NCBI GenBank assembly: GCA_965222575.1
Contig: OZ244958.1
Span: 800,001-864,000, forward strand
From: Alphaproteobacteria bacterium
GTDB lineage: Bacteria > Pseudomonadota > Alphaproteobacteria > G965222575
Direction: 5' to 3'
Length of the DNA: 64,000 nucleotides
The position numbers were made by a program, and so were the translations under genes. The notes beneath the pieces were generated by a model that was given only the letters and a program-made list of their open reading frames with translations, was not told the DNA's origin and ran no database searches. How positions within the stretch are numbered: position 1 is the first letter of the stretch; the number at the start of each line of letters is the position of its first letter. Positions 15,001-19,985 of this stretch are shown in pieces.

Positions 15001-18000
15001 TGATATCGCCCTTTTTGGCAGGTAATCTCTCCCGCGCGCCGGACTATTATAGGAACAACGACTATTTTTACAGCGTCGGATATAATGCTGACCATACAAA
15101 AACCATCTTGTACCTCTTTCACAAACAAGATGATGGGGATGATGTGACATTTACACAAGTCTCATCAAAAGACCCTTCCGACCCTCCAGCTCCAGCTCCA
15201 CAGGTGTTTGATGAAGAGTTAGGCTCCTTCTTTACCTTCCATGTAGGCCCCATATGGGAAGTATGGACTTCAAAACAAGGACAACTCAGTCGGCGGTTGA
15301 GTGAAACGCTGCCTAGAGGAGGAGGAGATACCTTCTTCAGCGCTTTACAACTCCGTAGCTTAGGGGCTTTAACCAGTGACGGCGCAGTGAAATACTATCT
15401 CTCCCTATTTCATCCAAGAACCTCAGGGACTATCAAATTGGAAGTTGATGAGGAAGGCGCCCTCACTGTAACGCAAAAATTTGCGCTGCCTAGTAAAGAC
15501 GATTTTAAATCTATTCTTATTAAAGAGGTTAGCTCTGCTACACCGGAAAATGCTAGCTTTGTGCCTCAACTGTTGTCTTTACCATTGTATGGAATTTTGC
15601 CCGGTAGAAACTTCACCTCTTTATATCATCCTGCTAGGGTGGACTTAAATGTGCTAGAAGGGGACTACATTGGAGAACACGTTTTCTTTGCAGGGCTAAA
15701 AACTTTCCGATTGCAACAAAAAGGAGACATAGCCGTATCGGCTGTTGCTGCTACTGTCAATTTATTTGTGAAGAGTGATCCCTCTTCCGTCAACTTGCCT
15801 TTTGCCTATGAGAAAGTGGAGACAGAAGATTTTCAGAGCCTCTCTGCTTTGCAGGTGAGAGACGATCTCTTCTATTTAGCCATGGGCTATCCTTCTGTGG
15901 TGACAGTGTTTAGGGCTAGACAGTCTGATTTCTCAGATGGCACACTAGACTTTCAGTTAGAAGTGAAGGAAGAATTGGAGAGTGATCTTGGTACGGAAAG
16001 CTGGTTTGGCTGGTCTGTGAAGTTGCATCTGTTGGATAAGGACGGAGCGGGTGATACCCCTGATGAGCCGGTCCTCTTTGTAGGCGCGCCTCAGTGGGGT
16101 GTTGGGATTGTGAAAGTCTTTACCGTCGCACCAACAGAAGATGCATCACGCGACCTTCAAACCTTAAGTCCGCCAATGGACATTCCAGACGTTGTGCCTC
16201 AAGCCTTTGGCTATAGTATAGGAGCTATGGAAAACAACGTGATGGTAGGTGCGCCTAAAACTAATGAGGATAAAGGTGCAGTCTTCTTCTATACATGGAA
16301 TGTCTCGAATCAAGAATATGAACTCAAAGAAGCGGCTTTTGTTGGGGTTGCTCCTACAATAACCGGCGTTGTAGTCCATAAGATGGCAGGGACTATCGCT
16401 CATAGTGGTGCTGCTCTGATTCCTGCTCAATTCGGCGCTGAAATAGGGGCTTTCGTCTATGATAGTATGATTAACCCTGTCTATCATCCTGATGTTGCTA
16501 GCGATCATGCTGATTATCGTTGGATTGCCTCTGAAAGCTCTAAACGCAATCGGTACTTGTATGTAGTGGGATATCATGCTGACCATACAAAAACCATCTT
16601 GTACCTCTTTAACAAACAAGATGATGGGACCTTTACACAAGTCTCATCAGAAGACCCTTCCAACCCTCCTGTTCCACAGGTGTTTGATAAAGAGTTAGGC
16701 TCCTTCTTTACTTTTTATGTGCAAACTGTATGGGAAGTGTACTTAAGTGGTGTTGTGAATAGAACTCGCTGGTATTACTTTACTGAGACGCAAGCGAGGG
16801 CTCGGGCAGTAGCAGAAGATAAAAGTAAACACCCCATCTTCAGTGCCTTCGACCTTTATAGCTTAGGAGCTTTGAATAGCGCAGGGGAAATGGAATACTA
16901 TACACTTCCACTTGACCCGAAAGTAGGGGTAGGTGAGGAGATTACCTTTAGCGGGGACGCTAGCTATACACGACCGGTAGATGTTGTCTCTAGTAAGCCC
17001 ATGGCCTTTACCGAGAGAGGGGCTGTGTCGTTAAAGAGTATGTTGTCTGTCAATGACAAGGCATTTACTTCTTTATATTATTCTTCTAGGGTGGTACTGG
17101 ATGTTTTGAGGTCTTCTTTTGGGGAGAAGCTTTTCATGACGTCAACGCTTAGAAAGTTCAGCTTGCAACAAGATGAGTTTGAGATTGACAACCCAGCCGG
17201 TGCTGATGGTGTTATTACGACCTTGACATACAGCTTAGGGAGTCAAGCACCTTTGGCAGTGTCCCCGACAGTAAAGGAATTGATTGCGCCATTTCAAAAG
17301 CTCTCTTTCTTGAAGATGGATGATGCTCTCTTTTATTTGGCTGTGGGCACACCCGGTGAGGTGACGGTGTATCAATCCTTAACGCCAGACTTTGATGAAG
17401 TCGAAGAAAAATTCCGTATACAAGATAAACGGGATGATTGGTTTGGCTGGTCTGTGAAGTTGCATCTCTTGGACAGAGACGGAGAGGGCGATAGTTTCGA
17501 ACTTGAACCTCTCTTATTGGTAGGGTCTCCGCAATGGATATCGGGGATTGTGAAACTCTTTGTCTTTACGCCGACTGGCAGTCGTGAATTCGACACCATA
17601 CCCCCACCTTCCATTGATATGCTTGTTGTTAGAAGCTTTGGGTATAGTATCGGGACACTAGGTGGCAACCTTGCCATAGGGGCGCCAAAAACCAATGAGG
17701 ATAAAGGCGCGGTGTTCCTCTATACATGGAACGTTGATTATCAAGAATATCAACTCAAAGAAGCGATTTTCGTTGGCGCTAAACCTGAGATAGACGATGT
17801 TATAGTCCATGAGATGGCAGCGACTATCACTCATCGTGGCTTTTCTCTTGAGCCTATGCACTTCGGCGCTGAAGTCGGAGTTTTCGCCTATCAAAGCTTT
17901 ATAAATCCTACTTATTATCCTCTCCTTACAGGGGAGCAAAGCTTAAGCCCAGATTATGCAGGGATGACTGATAGTGGCCATTCTCTTAACGCTAACTATT

Positions 18001-19307
18001 TCTATAGCGTTGGGTACAATGCTGCTCGTGATAAAACACTCTTGTACCTCTTTGCCAAACAAAATGATGGAACATTTGTACAAGTCTCATCAAAGCCCAC
18101 TATGCCGGCGATACCTCCAGCTCCACAGGTGTTTAATGAAGAATTAGGCTCCTTCTTTACTTTCTATACGTACACCATATGGGAAGAAGTCGCGTTGAAG
18201 GAGTTGACGACAGTTGGAAGTAGTGGCTTTGAAGTTAAAAGTAGTGGCTTTGGGTATTACAAGACAGAGGAAGCCGCTAAGGCTAGCGCACAAATTGACA
18301 GGAATGTCCTTAGTGCTTTCCATCTTTATAGCTTAGGGGCTCTTGATAACGAAGGAAAGATGCAATACTATACCTTCTCATTTTATCCAAGACATTATCG
18401 TGCGGAGCATGACTTTACTGGTCAAGAAGGTTCTTACAACGTTAAAATTGACATTGGGTCTTATCCTGAGAAAAGAGCGTTCTTCGGCTATCATGGGAAA
18501 GTGGATTTGAGTCTCCCTGAATTTGGGGCAAAATTCACGTCTTTGTATTACCCTGATAGGGTGGTATTGGATGTGGTAACAGGACAAGACCTTTCCGAGA
18601 GCGTTTTCATGATTTCAACGATGAAAGTGTTCAAGTTAGAGATAAAAACGTTAGAGGTCCAAACTAGGAGCAGGAGAATAGCAAGTGGAGGGTTGGAATT
18701 GGTGTTGAAAGAAGAAAGCCTGTCGCCATTAAGGTCCTATGAAGCACCAGCATCGGGAAGAGTCATCACCAGAAGCTTCCAACCAAAAAGCTTGTTTACA
18801 AAAGCCTCCTCAACAACGCTTAAAAAGTCTATAGAGAGACAGTTTAAGTTTTATGATAATGTTCTGGAAACAAAAGAATATGAGGTGCCTGTTCATCGAG
18901 ATATTGAGAATCGTTATAAGACAGTCTATAGGACAGCTTATAACCTACAGCAAAGGCTTCTCAATAGGAGGACAACCTTGTTTGGCAATCAAAGAACATC
19001 GGTTCTGTCGGATTTTTATCGAGGAGGGAAGCTATACATGCCTTTAGCGGGGGATTTTATAGGCATGGGTGGTCAGATAAGAGGTTTTAGAAGGGTACAG
19101 GAGATAGTTGGGGAAGACTATTATGCTGATGGAGTAGGGGATGTGGAGAATAGAGGTGTGGTTCTTTACAAGTTCCAAGGACCTGTAGAAAATTCTGATA
19201 GGGGTGTTTGGACTGAAATTGAGGTTTTTGAGGAGGAAGAAGCTGAAGAGGATGTGGAGCCTGATATCAAGATTGATGTTTTGGAGGAAGAGAAAGACGA
19301 GGAGTAA
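3..19307 (+). CDS. Giant repetitive surface/secreted protein (>6426 aa, 5'-truncated) of at least 15 tandem FG-GAP (integrin-alpha-like) beta-propeller units
   Basis: Frame is open back to the window edge (AAC ACT ACT GCT ACG CTT CCT CCT GTG...), and the protein starts mid-repeat. Recurrent FGWSV...LFVGAP, AFGYS...IGAP, HFGAEVG and LLD(R/K)DG motifs are present. Confidence 0.9.
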   Translation, partial: NTTATLPPVPVLFVGAPKANSGAGYVKVFDVVVNGGDRNIQTIPAPASMRAFGYSLASGLYTSTSLISRRARRLPKQKHSGSYAVDNHLFVGAPESYSGAGAAVMYKWSTLSGGSYSSPLEVRVNNVSGTHRDDSVSTNIRTNYGNHFGVSVQYLHYTTWEAILLVMSYNSSRTGVAMSVFYPDARYQFRLSDIIGGTSSGKYGPAFPLPVKVWRVTVLVDGTTRWAYQFLDKAALDKALPNMHNAHKLKSFSSTRVEKEHFINAFGFLYREANGALKIKYAAARLGNTGGPKGINPQTPDIPITGMKAVGANFADLYETTDKLSFAALPDQLFITQGDKVYITPLTSSNVVLEGFDGGAVGSPIELVDSPTFQLYNVLKSVSFSIDPPEVLPLSSASSDGGQTTEPTAPTGPVTPVEPVEPVAVTFTGITAIDVFKESDNKFYLAIGEAGGDASKGRVVVFKGTSSTFADIAQTFKVEGAEGEWFGWSVAIGLLDKDGGADAYAPEPVLFVGAPKAQGQGIIGVYTLNDKTHLQDVTIPLNQGSHWGYNVDGGFHAGTRKSYVFGNTASTSGTQWAFAQVWRPNASDPKGGSYVSGAYGSRQIKSRQMGGFNAVSLFSDSVAPHFLVSGYTRSYGTEATGYKHRSRLEALSFTGILHIKGSVLPVRSRRYNFFFTIPVQKADGSSTEMIGFLYKDGTQLKMKYAAVDFTNTRTGGGEPLLGQNPLTFSADSSDIVIDTGTAVPDVLFGNSVFNVTNKLSITALEDKLFIAQGDTVWSADLTVVSSGSPGSPPIITIESLESVDFSPPPPAITFTGITAIDVLKVADNKFYLALGDSADNSNTGKVVVFDGTSSTFADIKQTFEVKGGATGDWFGWSVKLQLLDRDGAADVFSPEPVLFVGAPKANSGEGIVKVFAFDETVIQTLTPAGITRPVIKAFGYSLDVTDPRIRASYLIIGAPESEHSSINKGAVFVYTWKIDATTSSNSAYDLRAVFSRNVTPAGVIPYSRGVSINAPGPIQRYLGAEVGAFYMGDDKARFYASAYATDRSAGTTIVFFHAEDASDTARVRQYVKGTRKHSVSYKKSGNDEYEYGSFFIIPVTASNGDELDILGVLFRDPSDGALKSKYATFRPPPSGALGLTEFLTGEISLDMDTVTSVDAGFTTLYTTTNKLSFAALEDKLFIVQGDKVYRASLAPNNLASKADVSTLTFTVGDLAEESFVEGKMKVKFTQMTAISILKVADDKFWLAVGDPGDSSNTGKVVVFEGTDATFSDLEQKFKFTGDKVGDSFGWSVKLHLLKDNTGSVLTSMLFVGAPKVSRTISRTISGVASEVASEGIVRLFLLNPNTYSAYTPAILPMATFSYNDGTSKNILVGAFGYSLQTITYNEDNFLIVGAPETYNGEGAVFFYKIEPTSVVLKQVFFVGNKPTLTTSVTTVTVGQVTLKDGAYNKHFGAEVGAFLYNNTPYFYAASHNDVSHTGTALHFFQRQDDSTISQFLQGDQPYGEVYDAAEYGTFFILPVQLWSLTYQNGIEWYKTEAEAEEAKSGIGGTIASESIDVFALLKSNGFLTIKTFFRDADRQGFIASSGEEFDISGFLPTVLADGFTGLYAPSKVSILLLENRLFVAQGTGIKTQSFSSTVLLNPFVTSLNIASRASQVETLTLTSADEQVPVIGKEESSVFTKITAISVLKTTDKFYLALGDPAGDATIGKVLVFEGSDSAFSDIKQTFEVTGAMGDWFGWSVKLQLLDRDGVGSASLPEPVLFVGAPKANSGVGYVKVFAFDETQTVIQTLTPAGVTAPVIQGFGYSLDAKSHPLFRFSHLIVGAPETNGGKGAIFIYRWQDRQYVLKGVFAIEATPIVPVGVDKGMVALKEAAYNEHFGAEVGAFYFDSTFPRFYAVSYNSGHTGTSIQFFFSNASGGKTGAIRSTVYSGVEYGSFFTIPVKVWKIESSFRGGTEEFFASREEAIKRSLVLLGQDEKPETSVKTVSLDILGVLKREDDGSLKSKYATFFPVAGSLTTFLNGAIPINTGTSVDVGFTTLYAPSINKLSFAMLTDKLFIAQGTSVYSTSFTVHRTVTFAVEKDLKPVVFPTVFRFTEITALSVLKFADDKFYLAVGDPTDTSNAGRAVVFEGTNAEFSDIAQTFIVEGDNAGDWFGWSVKLQLLDRDGAGDSGLPEPVLFVGAPKAPSSTGTSEVGTVKVFAVAVADGVDRNIQTIRAPPALTYVRAFGYSLAGGIHATTNNYLFVGAPKSTHSGTEQGAAFVYKWNGSTAYELKGIARPTAASFGTSGSVFTSNPTGDSAWHVAYNRHFGASVGYLNYHNWGVHLYVVSYNSNHSGTAITFFGSDDTQLLYRKNLTSKNYQEHGAFFNLPGGQVNPVEAFGFLNRDPYGNLKIKYGIMKGDLNTGATSQLRIDYQSTPDTSIDTGTDVGARFTTLYRTTNKLSFAALTDTLFVAQGANVYSASFALNPSSTTQKLAITAKVDVVTFTRITAISVLKFTDDKFYLAVGEVADSSERGRVVVFKGPDSVFSDIHQIFEVPGDNDGDWFGWSVKLQKLGSEPVLFVGAPKANSGVGHVRVFSVDDSQRVIQTIKPPIYSMFYVRAFGYSLAGGIHATTNNYLFVGAPLSMLDGVEQGAAFVYKWNGSTAYELKGIARPMAESYGNVPASVRTGNPSGAPWHDDYSNHFGISVGFVISYSVPYLYVVSYNRERTETALSAFNLSNDNVRYLGNRSKVVTGEYGAFFNLPVEKSGQLYEILGFLVRDSGLKIKYGVVNWQQGGVHFQSPDISIDTGTDVDAGFTNPYEINNKLSFAALPLLARQKPGQLFIGQGTSVKRTSFGELPSDGDDNPYDDVTPWLRVSSSIGVTRVRFVRGDDLVEMELSSGGRETEAVSFTEITAIDVLKFAEDKFYLAVGEATVNSHRGRVVVFEGTNAAFAGVKQRFTRIGDEVGDMFGWSVKLQKLSSDPVLFVGAPKASSGVGHVKVFGLDGADIQTIRLTALTYVRAFGYSVDGGIHERISGGVTTTNNYLFVGAPASTHNNAEEGAVFVYKWDSGTYALKGVARPTAGSHGSVGSAASAHPSGSAWDADYSNHFGASVGYANFRGEPHLYVVSYKSEHTKGTAITVFGIDNADALLYRDNLTSVHREAYGAFFYLSLGQVNPVEGLGFLFREENGDLKIKYGVMKGDISTGTIHYQSIYDTPIDTGTGITDVGAEFTDLYAATNKLSFMPLADILYVAQGQNVYTTSFALNPLSTTQLIFVAKGKDFTTITSISALKFADDKFYLAVGDPHDSDSNKRGRVVVYEGPDSEFSTLTQIFEVAGENEGDWFGWSVKLSLLDRDGGADAYAPEPVLFVGAPKASSADGATSGVGYVKVFGIKGDEIQDIPPPADLTYVGAFGYSVSGGFFTSRYSGYYLLVGAPKSTHTAPAPAPGGVGVVGGSGTVTEEQGAAFVYTYGENNGEYELMGIARPTAGSHGSGDLPRNVLGAPELVDWLGRPIRDPVWDVNYRYHFGASVGYFLALGRDTTPYLYVLSYNSNRTGTFMSAFTLSSRGRARVEWDEDSSTPITGEVGAFFILPAKETYRDYNRDIGRWEFLVREISFFGFLVRDIDSGLKIRYGIGGGGVLFATSDTIPTGTGVTDVKDVGEKFTTLYRTTNKLSFAALPDQLFIGQGTNVYHTAFGATKLPNPDNPPILGFTIGSIKTLIEPAESGDLIDGLTGIASISVLKVAANEFYLAVGDPTDNSNTGKVTVFEGTDSMFSDIKQTFDVVGEAEGDWFGWSVKLGLLDRDGDTVTLSPEPVLFVGAPKAQLVDRGLGIIKVYTIRDEQLLQSVTVSDAGEWADNAFGYSVDGGFHVGTSKSYLIAGAPKVTSADASNEAYAFIMEWNPSSGSYELSQTFTSSEPKFGSEVGIFLSSPVPYFYAKSHPASATTKITFYEKGSNDEKGSKTLTGNFGSFFTISIQLADGRDAEALGFFHPQSESLEIQYADVDLTATGEDILTESGAISISTEIPVGAGFTNIYETDRIAFALLENGLFIGQKTAVQRVILTVNVLQKMTIKPLVELDLFSQTAGVSFTGVASISVLKTIDKFYLAVGDPADSDYSGKVTVFEGTDSEFSDITQTFDVTGHGDWWFGWSVKLGLLDRDNEGTTHAPEPVLFVGAPKLRISDSYGLGVIKVFTLKINTLGSRFLQDVTIDAGGNWDDNAFGYSVDGGFHAGTSKSYLIAGAPRVNPTDTGNKAYVFIMEWIPEAAAANSKLGSYQLSQTFTSFTSTEPKFGSEVGIFLSGAVPYFYAKSHPASATTKITFYGKGAKTLTGHFGSFFTIPVQLANGRDTEALGFLNRKEDGALEIQYADVDLTARGKKILTERGAVSIETEIPVGEGFTKLYDTTDRIAFAALENRLFIGQKTAVHNVLLTVDSLQKMTIKPLISTLPSRSKTAISVLKVANGEFYLAVGEPTVNKNAGRAVVFGGRDSAFSDIRQTFEVTGATGDWFGWSVKLHLLDKDGNGTFVPVLFVGAPKATTGAGYVKVFDIVGAEIQDILPQNGTVLAFGYSIAATGDHLAIGAPQSSRGRGNIAFYKWDTATTAYTFQNAFTFFEARVHGAEVGAFLYNDTPYFYSTSYSDDSTTIRFFQYENNSYILSHTQTYQGEYGSFLNIKVKTKTRTQTSEEVLGVLLREPDGSLKIKYAAFYGTETQDFATFQEIPMNRKAETSFKTLYTTTNKFSFAALPDQLFIAQGASVYRTPLTLLTLVLKDQALKVENLGFPIGALAQQNFDIKATIGEKTITSTQGLSFSVLKVTDELFYLAIGDPSRNGKVVVFEGVYADFSSSQQKFQLEGEIPGSWFGWSVKLDLLDKDGAEGAGLPEPVLFVGVPKINKNTGLVKIFSIMPDSIRELHFLKSPVLESLADISVEAFGYSIGALGQYLAIGAPQTNEDKGAVFFYTWNVENQRYQLNEAAFVGVNPTITDVVVHEMAGTITHSSASLAPMHFGAEVGDFSYKNMISPFLAGNLSRAPDYYRNNDYFYSVGYNADHTKTILYLFHKQDDGDDVTFTQVSSKDPSDPPAPAPQVFDEELGSFFTFHVGPIWEVWTSKQGQLSRRLSETLPRGGGDTFFSALQLRSLGALTSDGAVKYYLSLFHPRTSGTIKLEVDEEGALTVTQKFALPSKDDFKSILIKEVSSATPENASFVPQLLSLPLYGILPGRNFTSLYHPARVDLNVLEGDYIGEHVFFAGLKTFRLQQKGDIAVSAVAATVNLFVKSDPSSVNLPFAYEKVETEDFQSLSALQVRDDLFYLAMGYPSVVTVFRARQSDFSDGTLDFQLEVKEELESDLGTESWFGWSVKLHLLDKDGAGDTPDEPVLFVGAPQWGVGIVKVFTVAPTEDASRDLQTLSPPMDIPDVVPQAFGYSIGAMENNVMVGAPKTNEDKGAVFFYTWNVSNQEYELKEAAFVGVAPTITGVVVHKMAGTIAHSGAALIPAQFGAEIGAFVYDSMINPVYHPDVASDHADYRWIASESSKRNRYLYVVGYHADHTKTILYLFNKQDDGTFTQVSSEDPSNPPVPQVFDKELGSFFTFYVQTVWEVYLSGVVNRTRWYYFTETQARARAVAEDKSKHPIFSAFDLYSLGALNSAGEMEYYTLPLDPKVGVGEEITFSGDASYTRPVDVVSSKPMAFTERGAVSLKSMLSVNDKAFTSLYYSSRVVLDVLRSSFGEKLFMTSTLRKFSLQQDEFEIDNPAGADGVITTLTYSLGSQAPLAVSPTVKELIAPFQKLSFLKMDDALFYLAVGTPGEVTVYQSLTPDFDEVEEKFRIQDKRDDWFGWSVKLHLLDRDGEGDSFELEPLLLVGSPQWISGIVKLFVFTPTGSREFDTIPPPSIDMLVVRSFGYSIGTLGGNLAIGAPKTNEDKGAVFLYTWNVDYQEYQLKEAIFVGAKPEIDDVIVHEMAATITHRGFSLEPMHFGAEVGVFAYQSFINPTYYPLLTGEQSLSPDYAGMTDSGHSLNANYFYSVGYNAARDKTLLYLFAKQNDGTFVQVSSKPTMPAIPPAPQVFNEELGSFFTFYTYTIWEEVALKELTTVGSSGFEVKSSGFGYYKTEEAAKASAQIDRNVLSAFHLYSLGALDNEGKMQYYTFSFYPRHYRAEHDFTGQEGSYNVKIDIGSYPEKRAFFGYHGKVDLSLPEFGAKFTSLYYPDRVVLDVVTGQDLSESVFMISTMKVFKLEIKTLEVQTRSRRIASGGLELVLKEESLSPLRSYEAPASGRVITRSFQPKSLFTKASSTTLKKSIERQFKFYDNVLETKEYEVPVHRDIENRYKTVYRTAYNLQQRLLNRRTTLFGNQRTSVLSDFYRGGKLYMPLAGDFIGMGGQIRGFRRVQEIVGEDYYADGVGDVENRGVVLYKFQGPVENSDRGVWTEIEVFEEEEAEEDVEPDIKIDVLEEEKDEE
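1213..1273 (+). repeat. 9-bp-period tandem repeat encoding Pro-rich linker TEPTAPTGPVTPVEPVEPVA
   Basis: acagaaccaacagcaccaacaggaccagtaacaccagtagaaccagtagaaccagtagca. Confidence 0.8.
1458..17456 (+). repeat. 14 copies of the intragenic anchor TTTGGCTGGTCTGTG (FGWSV) marking 1056-1476 bp repeat units
   Basis: Copies at about 1458, 2622, 3864, 5211, 6459, 7635, 8853, 9978, 11325, 12393, 13473, 14529 (1 mismatch), 16005 and 17442; all spacings are multiples of 3. Confidence 0.9.
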
Positions 19308-19320
19308 GAGACTTTTCTTC

Positions 19321-19396
19321 TGGTGGAGCCAGGCGGAATCGAACCGCCGACCTCTTGAATGCCATTCAAGCGCTCTACCAACTGAGCTATGACCCC
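19321..19396 (-). tRNA. tRNA-Ala (anticodon GGC), CCA encoded
   Basis: Reverse complement GGGGTCATAGCTCAGTTGGTAGAGCGCTTGAATGGCATTCAAGAGGTCGGCGGTTCGATTCCGCCTGGCTCCACCA folds as a cloverleaf, with the G3:U70 Ala identity pair and a GTTCGA T-loop. Confidence 0.97.
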
Positions 19397-19457
19397 TTGA
19401 ACTGAGTTTTTCTAGTATACCGGGTGTCTGTGAGAAACAACAAGGGATTCTCAATTG

Positions 19458-19985
19458 TTAGGTTTTCAGCCAATACCGGAGGCCTGTCCATACGGAGAGA
19501 AAACTCGCAAGCCACAAAAGGGCTAGTCCTACAAGTCTAGCGGGGAAAAACGAGAGTGCTGTATCGAGAAAGAGGAACGATAAAGAAATCATCTGAAGGG
19601 CGGTTTTCCATTTCGGTAAAAATGTTGGCGTGAGATTGCTTTTTGCACTGAATTGTTCCCGCAAGCCAGAGATGAAAAACTCACGGCAAATAATAATAAA
19701 GACTGGGGTCAAATGCCAACCGGTGAGAATATCATGATCTGTTAAAAATAATAGACAACTAATGACCACTATTTTATCTGCTACAGGGTCTAGGAGTTGC
19801 CCTAATTTTGAGACTGTGTTGTATTCTCTTGCGATACGGCCGTCTGCATAGTCTGTGAGAGAGGCTGAGATAAACAGGAAGAAGGCTAGCCAATGCGCCC
19901 ATATCTGTGGGAGGTATAACACAAGGCCTATGAGTGGGACGAGGGCGACTCTTAATAGAGTGAGCAGGTTTGGTAAGAATTTCAT
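19458..19985 (-). CDS. pgsA: CDP-diacylglycerol--glycerol-3-phosphate 3-phosphatidyltransferase
   Basis: PNLLTLLR start and TDYADGRIAR...GQLLDPVADK CDP-alcohol phosphotransferase motif; lies downstream of uvrC. Confidence 0.93.
   Translation of the reverse strand: MKFLPNLLTLLRVALVPLIGLVLYLPQIWAHWLAFFLFISASLTDYADGRIAREYNTVSKLGQLLDPVADKIVVISCLLFLTDHDILTGWHLTPVFIIICREFFISGLREQFSAKSNLTPTFLPKWKTALQMISLSFLFLDTALSFFPARLVGLALLWLASFLSVWTGLRYWLKT

Noticed and set aside
1458..17456. Conserved repeats with variable spacers resembling a CRISPR array or DGR target
   Set aside because: Spacing is more than 1 kb and in frame within a CDS; there are no cas or reverse transcriptase genes; variation is not adenine-specific.
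354..18587. Numerous antisense ORFs (up to 303 aa) within the giant gene, some recurring
   Set aside because: They are shadows of the repeated sense-strand codons and have no independent protein motifs.
19044..19454. ORFs overlapping the tRNA
   Set aside because: They are translations of tRNA-Ala and the giant gene's end.
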